Shown here piece after piece: positions 20,622 through 31,201 of a stretch of DNA of 64,000 nt (position 1 is its first letter; every line of letters starts with the position of its first letter). Location: NCBI GenBank assembly GCA_963715985.1, contig CAVQSP010000008.1:1-64000 (forward strand). Reading direction: 5' to 3'. The notes beneath the pieces are model-generated. The model did not search any database, was not told the DNA's origin, and saw nothing but the letters and a program-made list of their open reading frames with translations. The position numbers and the translations under genes are program-made. This DNA comes from an uncultured Thermoleophilia bacterium. GTDB lineage: Bacteria > Actinomycetota > Thermoleophilia > UBA2241.

Positions 20622-21772
20622 ATGCGGGACTTGATGCAGGCGGTCGTCGTGCGCGACGTGGGCGGCTACGAGGTCACCGAGGTGCCGGTGCCCGAGCCCG
20701 GCCCGGGCGAAGCCCTCATCCGGGTGAGCGTGACCGGCCTCTGCCGCACCGACCTCAAGCTGATCCGTCACGGCCACCGCGACCTGGAGCTGCCCCGCGT
20801 GCCGGGGGAGGAGGTCGTCGGCGAGATCGTGGCGCTGGGGCCGGCGGCGGATGCGGCCGCCGGCTCTGCCGGCGCTCCAGCTGCGTCTGCCGCCATGGCT
20901 GCTGCGTCCTCCGGGGCCGGCCCCGGTTCAGCCGGCTCACCCGCCGGCGCGGCCGGCGACGCGATGCCCTTCGCCGCCGGCGACCGCGTCTACGTGTACC
21001 CCGGCGTGTGGTGCGGCGAGTGCCCGAGCTGCCGGCGCGGGGCGGAGAACCTCTGCCGGAGCATGCGCATCATGGGCTTCCACCGCGACGGCGGCTTCGC
21101 CGGCTACGTCGCGGCGCCGCTGCAGAGCCTGATTCGCGTGCCCGCCGGCCTGAGCGACGAGGAGGCCGTGTTCGCGGAGCCGCTGAGCTGCTGCCTCAAC
21201 GCCCTCGAGCTCGGCGGCGTGGGCGAGGGCGACGTGCTCGGCATCTGGGGGGCCGGCCCGGCCGGCACGCTCCTGTGCCGGGCCGGCGCCTTGCTCGGCG
21301 CGGCCCCTTTCGTGGTCGAGCCGGACGCGCGCCGCCGGGACCTGGTCAGGGCGGCGCCCGGCACGCCGGCGGCCGCCACGTTCGGCGCCACTCCGCCGCC
21401 GCTGGTGGACGTGGCCATCGTCGCCGTCGGCGACCCATCCGCCTACGCCGAGGCCGAGGAGACGCTCGCCCCGCGCGGCCGCCTGGTCGTGTTCTCGGCC
21501 TGCTGCCGCACGACGACGCTGCGTATCACCTGAGCCTCAACAGCATCCACTACCACGAGCACACCGTGGTCGGGGCGTACGGCTGCTCCTTCCGCCACGG
21601 CGTAGCTGCGCTGGAGCTCCTGGGCTCCGGCCGGCTTCGCGTGGACGACCTCATCAGTCACCGCCTGCCGCTGGCCGACCTCGAGCAGGGTCTCGGCATC
21701 GTCGCCGACCGTGCCGGCATGAAGGTGCACCTGCGTCCCGCTGCCTCCCACACCGACAAGGAGACGACATGA
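20622..21772 (+). CDS. Zn-binding MDR alcohol dehydrogenase family protein (threonine/sugar-alcohol DH-like); frameshift near 21500
   Basis: GLCRTD, PGEEVVG (GHE variant), CGECPSC...NLC, EPLSC, GAGPAG and ISHRLPL. Confidence 0.85.
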
Positions 21773-22905
21773 CCGCCAGCGAGTCCGACCTGCGCGCCTT
21801 CGGCGCCGACATCCAGCGGCTCATCGACGGTCGCGACCTGAGCCGCCGCCGTACCTACGAGCTGTTCCGCGACACGCTGCTTGGCGAGCAGCCGGACCTG
21901 CAGCAGGGCGCGCTGCTGGCCGCCCTGGTCGCCAAGGGCGAGACGCCCGAGGAGATCGCCGGGGCCTGGCAGGCCATCGTGGAGTTCGACACCGTCCGCG
22001 CCGCGGTGGACGCCCCCGGCCCGCTCGTCGAGAACTCCGGCACCGGCATGGACGCGCTCAAGACGTTCAACGTGAGCTCGGCGGCCGGGTTGATCGCCGC
22101 CGCCGCCGGGGCGCGCGTGGCCCGGCACGGCGCGCGCGCCCTCACCAGTCGCTGCGGAGCCGTGGACATCCTCGAGGCCGTCGGCGTGGACGTGGACTGC
22201 GACGGCCCATCCGTGGAGCGCAGCATCCGCGAGGCCGGCATCGGCATCTTCAACGGCATGAGCCCTGCGGTGCACCCGGGCGGCCTGGGGCGCATCCTCA
22301 GCCAGATCCGGTTCGGATCCACCCTCAACATCGCCGCGTCGCTGGCCAACCCCGTGCGGCCCACGCACGGCGTGCGCGGTGTGTACGCCGGCTGGCTCGT
22401 GGGCCCGGTGGGCGAAGTGATGATGGAGATCGGCTACGAGCACGCTGTGGTGGTCCACGGCTACGACGACCGTCGCGAGGCGGGCATGGACGAGCTCTCC
22501 GTGATCGGCCCGACGCTGGTGGCCGAGCTGCGCGCCGACGGGCGCCGGGACTCGTACACCGTGGAGCCCGAGGACTTCGGCATCAGCCGCGCCACGCACG
22601 CGGAGATCGCGCCGCTCGAGGACCTGCGGGCGGAGGCGCTCAGGTTTCTCGGCGTCGTCGGCGGGCGCGGGACCGAGGCGTGTCAGGACGCCGCCTGCCT
22701 CAACGCCGCAGCCGTGCTCTACGTGGCCGGGCAGGCCGGTGACCTCGCGGAGGGTCTCGCGCAGGCCCGCGAGGCCGCCGGCAGCGGCGCCGCTCTGCGC
22801 AAGCTCGAGGAGTGGGTGGCGGCGCAGGCCGGCGGGGTCGAGCAGCGCGCGACGGGCGAAGCCCGCCTGGCCGCGCTGCTCGATGAGGCCGGCCTCGGCC
22901 TGTGA
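21769..22905 (+). CDS. Anthranilate phosphoribosyltransferase-like protein (divergent TrpD paralogue)
   Basis: KGETPEEIAG, ENSGTGMD..KTFNVSS, ARHGAR, LANP and GMDE; ATGA overlap with the dehydrogenase. Confidence 0.85.
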   Translation: MTASESDLRAFGADIQRLIDGRDLSRRRTYELFRDTLLGEQPDLQQGALLAALVAKGETPEEIAGAWQAIVEFDTVRAAVDAPGPLVENSGTGMDALKTFNVSSAAGLIAAAAGARVARHGARALTSRCGAVDILEAVGVDVDCDGPSVERSIREAGIGIFNGMSPAVHPGGLGRILSQIRFGSTLNIAASLANPVRPTHGVRGVYAGWLVGPVGEVMMEIGYEHAVVVHGYDDRREAGMDELSVIGPTLVAELRADGRRDSYTVEPEDFGISRATHAEIAPLEDLRAEALRFLGVVGGRGTEACQDAACLNAAAVLYVAGQAGDLAEGLAQAREAAGSGAALRKLEEWVAAQAGGVEQRATGEARLAALLDEAGLGL

Positions 22906-22913
22906 GGAGGTGA

Positions 22914-22928
22914 TGATATATTTTCTCA
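22914..22928. promoter_or_regulatory. Fur-box-like element upstream of riboswitch 2
   Basis: TGATATATTTTCTCA, 14/15 identical to 56715-56729. Confidence 0.5.
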
Positions 22929-22943
22929 GCTCTGGATTGACTG

Positions 22944-23112
22944 GCAGGTGACGCGGGGGTAGCCTTCCCAAGCTGTCTCTCGACCGCAGGGAAGCCGGTG
23001 CGACACCGGCGCTGCCCCGCAACTGTGAGCGCCGACGAAAGCCGCTGTGTGCCACTGCCTCCGGGCGGGAAGGCGCGGCCGGTAGGACGAAGCGCAAGCC
23101 AGGACACCTGAG
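22944..23112 (+). ncRNA. Cobalamin riboswitch 2
   Basis: AGGGAAGCCGGTGCGACACCGGCGCTGCCCCGCAACTGTGA...GCCACTG...GGGAAGGC...AAGCCAGGACACCTG. Confidence 0.93.
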
Positions 23113-23152
23113 CCGGGAGATCATCGCGACAACGCCTCGAGGGAGGGCTGCG

Positions 23153-23837
23153 GTGGATCCACCTCACGGACGTCTCATCCTCGTCACCGGCGGCGCGCGC
23201 AGCGGCAAGAGCTCGTACGCCGAGCGGCTCGCTGCGCAGCTGTCCGCGCCGCAGCACGGCAAGGTGACGTACCTTGCCACATCTCAGACCTACGACGAGG
23301 AGATGGAGCAGCGGGTCGCGCAGCACCGCGCCGCGCGCCCTGCGACCTGGACGACCGTCGAGTGTCCGCTGGACGTGCCGGATGCCCTGCGCGCCGCGGC
23401 GGCCGACGCCGGCCCGGCCCCGGTCATGCTTCTCGACTGCGTCACCCTGTGGGTGACCAACCTTCTCTTCAGCGGGCGGCGCCTTCGGTGGCAGCGCGCC
23501 GCCGGGCGACGGCTACAACTACGACAAGGACCTGCTGCCACCGGCCGAAGAGCGAGCGGCGGCGGATCGTGTGACGGCGGCGGTGGAAGACCTGCTGGCC
23601 GCCGTCCCCGAGACCGGCGCCACCCTCATCGCCGTGTCCAACGAAGTGGGGCTCGGGGTGGTCCCCGAGTATCCCCTCGCCCGTCTGTACCGCGACCAGC
23701 TCGGCTGGGCCAACCAGCGCCTCGCGCGTGCCGCCGACAAGGTGTACCTCCTTGTCTCCGGCTATCCGCTCGACGTCAAGGCGCTCGCCGCCGCCGACAT
23801 GATCGTGACCGATCCTTTCTCCAGGGAGCTCCCGTGA
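23153..23837 (+). CDS. cobU: Adenosylcobinamide kinase/guanylyltransferase; frameshift near 23480
   Basis: VTGGARSGKS, LLDCVTLWVTN and VSNEVGLGVVP. Confidence 0.92.
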
Positions 23838-24919
23838 CCGACCTCATCAAGACCACCATCGCGGCCATCGCGCCGCTCGACGCGGCCGCCATGCGCGCCG
23901 CCGAAGACCGGCAGATGCACCTGACCAAGCCGCCCAAGGCACTCGGCCGCCTCGAGACTCTCTCCATCCAGCTGGCCGGCATCCAGGGCAGAGAGCAGCC
24001 GGTGATCGAGCACAAGGCCATCGCCGTGATGGCCGCCGACCACGGGGTGACCGCAGAGGGCGTCAGCGCCTTCCCCGCCGAGGTCACGCCGGCGATGGTC
24101 TTCAACATGGCCGCCGGCGGGGCCGGCATCAACGTCATCGGCCGCCACGTCGGCGCGCGTGTGGTGGTCACCGACGTGGGCGTGAACGCCGACCTGAGCG
24201 CGGCCGAGGGTGTGCGCCACGAGAAGATCCGCATGGGGACCGCCAACATGGCGGCGGGCGCCGCGATGACCCGTGAAGAGGCCGTGCGCGCCATCGAGGT
24301 CGGTATCCGCGTGGTCGAGGAGGAGCTCGAGAAGGGGCTCGACATCATCGCCACCGGCGAGGTGGGCATCGGCAACACCACCGCCGCCTCGGCGGTGATC
24401 GCCGCGCTCACCGGCGAGTCGGCCTCCAAGGTCACCGGCCGCGGCACGGGCATCACCAAGGACGCGCTGCCTCGCAAGGTCGCCGTGATCGAGAAGGCGC
24501 TCGTCACCAACGCGCCCGATCCGTCCGACCCCATCGACGTCCTCGCCAAGGTCGGCGGCCTGGACATCGCCGCGATGACCGGCGTCTTCCTGGGCGGCGC
24601 CGCGCACCGCGTCCCCGTGGTCATGGACGGCTTCATCAGCGCCGCCGCGGCGCTCGCCGCCGTGCGCCTGTGCCCCGAGTGCGCCAACTACATCCTGCCG
24701 AGCCACGTGAGCATCGAGATCGGGCATCAGGTGGTGCTGAACGAGCTCGGACTGACGCCGCTGTTCGACCTCGAGATGCGCCTGGGTGAGGGGACCGGGG
24801 CGGCGCTGTCGATGAGCATCATCGAGGCCGCCGCCCGCATCCTCAGCGAGATGGCCACGTTCGAGAGCGCCGGCGTTGCCGGCGACCCCACCGAGGCGGA
24901 CGCCGACCTCACGCGCTGA
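23834..24919 (+). CDS. cobT: Nicotinate-nucleotide:benzimidazole phosphoribosyltransferase
   Basis: LTKPPKALGRLE, AADHGV, GEVGIGNTT, DGFI and MRLGEGTGA. Confidence 0.95.
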   Translation: MTDLIKTTIAAIAPLDAAAMRAAEDRQMHLTKPPKALGRLETLSIQLAGIQGREQPVIEHKAIAVMAADHGVTAEGVSAFPAEVTPAMVFNMAAGGAGINVIGRHVGARVVVTDVGVNADLSAAEGVRHEKIRMGTANMAAGAAMTREEAVRAIEVGIRVVEEELEKGLDIIATGEVGIGNTTAASAVIAALTGESASKVTGRGTGITKDALPRKVAVIEKALVTNAPDPSDPIDVLAKVGGLDIAAMTGVFLGGAAHRVPVVMDGFISAAAALAAVRLCPECANYILPSHVSIEIGHQVVLNELGLTPLFDLEMRLGEGTGAALSMSIIEAAARILSEMATFESAGVAGDPTEADADLTR

Positions 24920-24948
24920 GGGCGGCGGAGAAGAAGAGGCGAGGATCT

Positions 24949-25935
24949 GTGAGCGACGGCACCGACTGGTTCGACGAGGAGCACCCCGGCGCGGCGGGCG
25001 AGGGCACGACGCCGGCGCCTGCCGGCGGTGCGCAGCCGGCCCATACCGGCGGCGAGGGCGAGATCCCGATGGCGGACGTCGCTCGGCCGGCCGGCGGGCG
25101 CGAAGTGCCACCTCCGCCGCCGGCGGCCGGGCGCCGTCCGTCGCACGGCGGTCCCGTCCGGCAAGCCACGCTCGCCGTCACGTTCCTCACCGGCATCCCG
25201 CTCAAGGTCGAGGGTGACGTGAGCCCGGCCGACCTGTGGCGCAGCATGGGCTGGTACCCGCTCGTAGGACTCGGCCTGGGGGCGCTGGCATGGGGCGTGT
25301 ACGCAGGCCTCGTCTCGTTCCTGCCGGGCCTCGTGGCAGCGACCCTGGTCGTGATCATGCTCGAACTGCTCACGCGCGGTCTGCACATGGACGGCGTGAT
25401 GGACACCGCCGACGGCATCCTCAGCGGAGCCCCGCGCGACCGCGCTCTGGAGATCATGAAGGACCACAACGTCGGCGCCATGGGCGTGGTGGCCGCGGTG
25501 CTGCTCCTCGTGCTGAAGGTCGCGGCCCTGGGCGCGCTCACGCGCGCCGACGCGGCCGCGCCCCTGCTCGCCGGCTGGTGCGCGGCGCGCGCGCTGCCCG
25601 CGCTGGACGTGTACCTGTGGCCCTACGCGCGCCCGGCAGGCACCGGCGAGGCGTTCACGCGGGAGCGCAGCCTCGGGCCGGTGGAGCTGTCCCTCGGGCT
25701 CCTCATCGGCGGTGTCGTGGTCGCGGGGGCCGTCGGCTTCGTGATCGACGGCGCCGGCACATGGTTCACTGGTCTGCTCGCGGCCGCGGTGGCGATGGCC
25801 GTGACGCTGGCGGTGCAGGCCGCCGTGGCGAAGAAGCTCGGCGGCCTCACCGGCGACGTGTACGGCATGGGCATCGAGCTGGCCGAGGCCGCCGCGCTCG
25901 TCACCGGCGCCGCCGTGGTGGGGGTGCTGCTGTGA
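24949..25935 (+). CDS. cobS: Cobamide synthase
   Basis: GLHMDGVMDTADG, IMKDHNVGAMG and GGLTGDVYG. Confidence 0.92.
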   Translation: MSDGTDWFDEEHPGAAGEGTTPAPAGGAQPAHTGGEGEIPMADVARPAGGREVPPPPPAAGRRPSHGGPVRQATLAVTFLTGIPLKVEGDVSPADLWRSMGWYPLVGLGLGALAWGVYAGLVSFLPGLVAATLVVIMLELLTRGLHMDGVMDTADGILSGAPRDRALEIMKDHNVGAMGVVAAVLLLVLKVAALGALTRADAAAPLLAGWCAARALPALDVYLWPYARPAGTGEAFTRERSLGPVELSLGLLIGGVVVAGAVGFVIDGAGTWFTGLLAAAVAMAVTLAVQAAVAKKLGGLTGDVYGMGIELAEAAALVTGAAVVGVLL

Positions 25936-26702
25936 AGCTGTACCTGGTCCGCCACGGCCAGTCCACGGGCAACGTCGGCGGCACGCTGATGGGCCAGAGC
26001 GACCACCCGCTCACCGCTCTCGGTGAGCTGCAGGCCCGCGCGGCGGCGGAGCGGCTGGCGCCGTTCGGCCCCATGCCGGTGTACCACAGCGACCTGCCGC
26101 GGGCGGCCGCCACGGCGGCGCACATCGTGGCGGCATGGGGCGCGTGCCGACGACGCAGCTGCTCTTTCGCCGACCCCCGCCTGCGCGAGATCAGCCTCGG
26201 GTACTACGAAGGCCGCTCCTGGGAGGAGTTCGAGGCCGACGAAGCAGCTCACCGCCGCCTTCGCCGAGGACCCCTACGGTACGACGCGTGCCGGGCGGCG
26301 AGTCCCTCGAGCACCTCGCCGATCGCGTGGCGGCCGCCGTGCGCGACATCCTCGCGCTTCACGGCGTGAGCGACCACAGCGAGCTGTCCACGGAGGCGGT
26401 CGCCGCAGCCGGATGCCAGCGCGCTGGCCACCGGGTTCCACCCCGCCGAGCCAGGGGAGAACGCCTGCATCGTGGCGCACGACGGCCCCATCCGCGCCAT
26501 CCTCAACCACTACCTCGGCGTCCCGCCGGAACGCTGGTGGACGCTGTCCACCACGCACGGCGCCGTCTCCCTGCTCGAGTTCAGCGGCGGCTGGGTGAAC
26601 GTGCGCTTCGTCAATGCCGCCAGTCACCTCGCGGGCCTCGAGCCCGATGTGTACGTGCCCTCGGTCGAGGAGCCGGACGCCGACGCCGGCTCCGCCGGCT
26701 GA
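25932..26702 (+). CDS. cobC: Histidine phosphatase (alpha-ribazole/adenosylcobalamin phosphatase); frameshifts
   Basis: LYLVRHGQS, SDLPRA, LREISLG, GGES and VAHDGPIR. Confidence 0.8.
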
Positions 26703-26712
26703 CGCGCCCCAG

Positions 26713-27678
26713 ATGGTCTGGTCGATGGTCTTCGTCCCCGGAGATTGGCGGCTCGCACTCTGCACCGTGCTCCTGGCCGGCGTCATCGACGTCACGCTCG
26801 GTGAACCGCCCAACGCACTGCATCCGGTGGTCTGGATGGGGCACCTCATCGCTTTTCTCGAGCGGCGCCGCCCGCACGGCCGTCCGGCGGCGGAGTTCGC
26901 CTACGGTGTACTCATCGTCGTCGTGACCGCCGGGGCGGCGTTCGCCGCCGGCCTCGCGCTCGACGCTCGTCCTCGACCGGCTGCCGTGGTGGCTGGCGCT
27001 GCTCGCCGGCGCCTGCGTGCTCAAGACGACGTTCTCGCTGCGCGGGCTGGTGCGCGCCGGCCGCCAGGTGCAGCGGGCGCTCGCCGCCGACACCGACGCG
27101 GCGCGCGCGAGCCTCGCCGCGCTGGTCAGCCGCTCTCCCGATCTCGACCCGCCCCTGATCGTCTCGGCAACGGTCGAGTCTCTGGCCGAGAACCTCACCG
27201 ACAGCGTCGTCTCGCCGCTGCTCTACTACGCGCTGTTCGGGCTCCCTGGAGCCCTCGCCTACAGAGCGGTCAACACCATGGACGCGATGCTCGGCTACCG
27301 CGATGAGCGCGAGTACGTGGGCAAGGCGGCGGCACGCAGCGACGACGCCGCCAACTGGGTCCCCACGCGCATCGCCGCGCTCCTGCTGGTCGCCGTGGCA
27401 GCATTCAGGCGCACGGCCGGGCAAGCCTGGCACGCCTTCCGCACCCAGCACCTGCCCGAGTACGGTCCCAACAAGACGCTGGCCATCGCGACGATGGCCG
27501 GGGCCCTGGGCGTGCAGCTGCAGAAGCCGGGCGCCTACGCGCTCGGGCCGGACCGACCGTCCGCTCACGGCCGGCGGTGATCGGCGACGCCGCGCGCATG
27601 GTATGGGTGGCCGGCGGCGTGACCGTCGCGGCCGCCGCGGGCCTTGCGGCGGTCCTCACCTGGGCGGTGGCGTGGTGA
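26713..27678 (+). CDS. cbiB: Adenosylcobinamide-phosphate synthase; frameshifts
   Basis: [42 protein letters not shown] and [10 protein letters not shown]. Confidence 0.9.
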
Positions 27679-28776
27679 GCGCCGCGCTGCTGCGACGCGT
27701 CACGCGGTCGGTGCACGGCGCGGTCGACCCGTCGGCGCTGCGCGCCGAGGGCGTCGACCCGGCCGCCATCGTGGACTTCAGTTCCAACCAGTCGCCGCTG
27801 GGCGCGGCGCCGGGCGTGGCGGCTGCGGTCGCCGGCGCCGCCGTTGATGCGTATCCCGACCCCCATGCGGCGGAGCTCACGGCGCGGCTGGCCGCGCGGC
27901 ACGGCGTGTCGCAGGAGCAGGTGGTCTGTGGCAACGGCAGCACCGAGCTCATCCGGCTGGTCGCCCAACTCGCGCTGCGGCCGGGCGACGTCGCCCTGGC
28001 GCTGGCGCCGGTCTTCGGGGAGTGTGAGGTGGCCACGGCCCTCACCGGCGCAGCGCTCGAGACCGTGCCTCTGACCCACGCCGGACACGGGGCCGGCTTC
28101 TCCTGCGACGAGCCGGCCCTCCGGAGCGCGCTGGCGCGCCTGCGGCCACGTCTCTGCTGGCTGTGCTCGCCCAACAACCCGACGGGTGCGGCGCTGCCCG
28201 CCGACCTGGTCGCCACGTTGGTCGCCGACTACCCGCGGACGCTCTTCGTACTCGATGAGGCCTACTGCGACCTGCTGCCCGAGCCGCAGTGGGAGCGAGC
28301 GTCCCTGGCTGAGGGCAACCTCGTGGTGCTCCATTCGATGACGAAGTACTGGGGCTTGGCCGGGCTGCGTCTCGGCCATGCGGTGGCAGCCCCGGAGACG
28401 GCGGCGGCGCTTCGCGCCGCGGCTCCGCCGTGGAGCGTCAACGCCTGCGCCCAGGCCGCCGGCGTCGCGGCGCTCGCCGATCGCGCCCATCACCGGCGGG
28501 CGGTCGACCTGCTCGTGCGCGAGCGCGACCGCCTCGCCGCCGGCCTGCGCCGGCTCGGCTGGGTCGCCGAGCCGACCTCCGCCGGCTTCTTCCTCATCCA
28601 CGCCGGCGATGCGCCTGCGGTCCGCCGTGCGCTGCTCGAGCAGGGCTGCCTCGTCCGCGACTGCACCTCCTTCGGTCTGCCGGCACACGTGCGCGTGAGT
28701 CCCCGGCACCCAGGAGGACAACGCGCTTCTGTTGGCGGCGTTCGCCGCGTTGACGCCGCCGGAGGCGGCTGCGTGA
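27675..28776 (+). CDS. cobD: L-threonine-O-3-phosphate decarboxylase (PLP class I/II)
   Basis: HG...DFSSN, GNGSTELI, CSPNNPTG, LDEAY and SMTKYWGLAGLRLG; cob operon context. Confidence 0.82.
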
Positions 28777-30213
28777 GCGCCGTGGCTCCGGCTCCGGCGG
28801 TCACCGTGCCCCGGCTGGTCGTGGCGGCGCCGCGCAGCGGCGAGGGCAAGACCACCGTCGCGCTCGGCCTCATGGCCGCGCTGCGCCGCCGCGGACTGCG
28901 CGTCCAGGGCTACAAGGTCGGTCCCGACTACCTGGACACCGGGTACCAGCGGTTCGCGGCCGGCCCGGCCGGGCGCAACCTGGACCTCTTCATGATGGGC
29001 GAGAGCGCCGTGCTCGACGCCGTGGCCGGCGCCGACGCGGACGTCGCCGTCGTCGAAGGTGTGATGGGCCTGTTCGACGGGCACCGCGACGGCGTGACGC
29101 CGACCAGCACCGCCGACGTCGCGGCCCTGCTGCAGGCGCCGGTGGTCCTCGTGCTGGACGCCTCGCGCCTGGCCGCCAGTGCGGGCGCGATCGCCCTGGG
29201 CTTCAAGACCTTCGATCCCTCCGTGAACGTGGCCGGCGTGCTCCTCAACCGCTGGAACCCGCGGCGCTCGCGGACGGCCGTGGAGGCGGCGCTGGTGCGC
29301 GCCGGTACGCCCGTCTTCGGCTATCTGCCGAGCGCGGACGACCTCGAACTGCCCTCGCGCCACCTCGGTCTGGTGGTGGCCGACGAGCTCGGCGCCGAGG
29401 TCGCGCAGGTCATGGAGGCGCTCGCCGACTGGGTCGAGGAGAACGTAGACGTCGAGGGCCTGCTCGAGACGGCGCGGCGCGCGGCGGACGTGGCACGGGT
29501 CTCCGCCGCCGGCCCGGGTCTCGCCCAGGCGGCAGCGTCCGCTGCTCAAGGTGCGGCATCCCCTGCCCCGGGCCCGCGCATCGCCGTCGCCTGGGACGCC
29601 GCCTTCGCCTTCTACTACGCAGACAACCTCGAGTTGCTGCGCGCTCGCGGCGCCGAGCTCGTCTTCTTCAGCCCGCTCGCGGCCGCCGAGCTGCCCGTCT
29701 GCGACGGGCTCTACCTCGGCGGCGGCTACCCCGAGCTGCACGCGGCGGGGCTCTCGGCCAACGTCGGCTCTGCGCCGCCGCATCGCCGCCGCCCTCGCCG
29801 GCGGACTGCCGGCGTATGCCGAGTGCGGCGGCCTGCTGTACCTGTGCGAGACGCTGGTGGACCTCGACGGCAGGTCGTGGCCGCTGGTCGGCGCCGTCCC
29901 CGGGCGCGCGGCCATGCACGAACGCCTCCAGGGCATGGGCTACCGGGAGGCGCAGCTGGCCTCCGGCGCGCTCCTCGGTCCTGCGGGAGAGACGGTCCGC
30001 GGCCACGAGTTCCACTACTCGTCCTGTCGCATCGACGGCGGCGATCACGCCGCCTACCTCGTCGACGGCGAGCCGGAGGGCTACGCCGCCGGTGACCTGT
30101 TCGCCTCGTACATCCACCTGCACTTCGGCGGGTACCCGGCCCTGCTCGAGCACTGGCTCGAACGCTGCCGGTCCTTCGCCCGCACCCCTCGTCCAGGAGG
30201 TCATCCCTCATGA
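28773..30213 (+). CDS. cbiA: Cobyrinate a,c-diamide synthase; frameshift near 29770
   Basis: SGEGKTT, KVGPDYLD, EGVMGLFDG, SRHLGL, AFYY, GGYPE, AECGG and GHEFHYS. Confidence 0.93.
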
Positions 30214-30581
30214 GTGTCGCCCTCATCGTGCTCGGCCACGGCAGCCGCAATCCGGCCGCCACCGGGCAGTTCCACGACCTGATCGCGCAGCTGCGAGAGC
30301 GCCGCGACGAGCCCGTGTATCCCGCCTTCATGGAACTGGCGGAGCCCTCGCTGGCCGACGCCGTCGCGGAAGCCGTGACCGCGGGTGCCGACGAGATCGT
30401 CGTGCAGCCGTGCTTCCTCTTCGACGGCAACCACATCCGCCGCGACATCCCCGAGCTGCTGGCCGGGCTGGCCGGCGAGCACGCGGCCGTGGCCTTCAGG
30501 TTCGGCCGCCCCATCGGGGCGGATGCTCGCGTCGCGGACATCCTGCTCGAGCGCGCAGGGGAGGCAGCATGCCTGGCCTGA
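30210..30581 (+). CDS. cbiX: Sirohydrochlorin cobaltochelatase, short CbiX/SirB type
   Basis: LGHGSR, AFMELAEP and FLFDGNHIRRDIP; 123 aa. Confidence 0.88.
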   Translation: MSVALIVLGHGSRNPAATGQFHDLIAQLRERRDEPVYPAFMELAEPSLADAVAEAVTAGADEIVVQPCFLFDGNHIRRDIPELLAGLAGEHAAVAFRFGRPIGADARVADILLERAGEAACLA

Positions 30582-31196
30582 AGCCGCACGAGATCGAGAC
30601 CCGGAGCATGGAGATCATCGACGGGCTGCTGCCGCCGGGGGACTGGTCGCCGGGAGAGCTGACCGTGGTCAAGCGCCTCGTGCACACCACCGGCGATCCG
30701 TCTCTGGCCACGGCCGTGCGCTTCTCCGCCGGCGCCGTGGACGCGGGAGTCGCCGCACTGCGCGGCGGCGCCTCCGTGTTCACCGACACGCACATGGCGC
30801 GCATCGGCGTGAACCAGGACCGGGTCGCGGCCCTGGGCGGCGTCGTGGAGTGCCTCATCGCCGACGAGGCGGTGGCGGCGGAGGCGAAGCAGACAGGCCG
30901 CACGCGCGCGGCGACCGCAATACGCGCGCTTGGGACCGCGCCTCGACGGGGCCGTGGTGGCGATGGGCAACGCGCCGACGGCGCTGCGCGAGGTGCTCGC
31001 GCTCGCCGCGGAAGGCGTGGCGAGGCCGGCCCTGGTCATCGGCATGCCGGTGGGGTTCGTGGACGCGGAGGAGTCCAAGGACGCGCTGATCGCCTCCGAT
31101 CTGACCTTCATCGCCATCCAGGGGACGCGCGGCGGCAGCCCGCTCGCGGCGGCCACGGTGAACGCCTTGCTTCGCGTGCTGGAGGCGGACGCCTGA
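30569..31196 (+). CDS. cbiC: Cobalt-precorrin-8 methylmutase; frameshift near 30930
   Basis: EIETRSMEII, RLVHTTGD, GNAPTAL, GMPVGFV..ESK and RGGSPLAAA. Confidence 0.92.
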
Positions 31197-31201
31197 GCCC
31201 C

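Noticed and set aside
23153-24919. CobU-CobT fusion suggested by the ORF track
   Set aside because: Caused by a frameshift in cobU; cobU ends at 23837 and cobT has its own RBS and GTG at 23834.
27303-30095. CobD-CbiA fusion
   Set aside because: A frameshift near 28715 hides the cobD stop at 28776, which overlaps the cbiA GTG.
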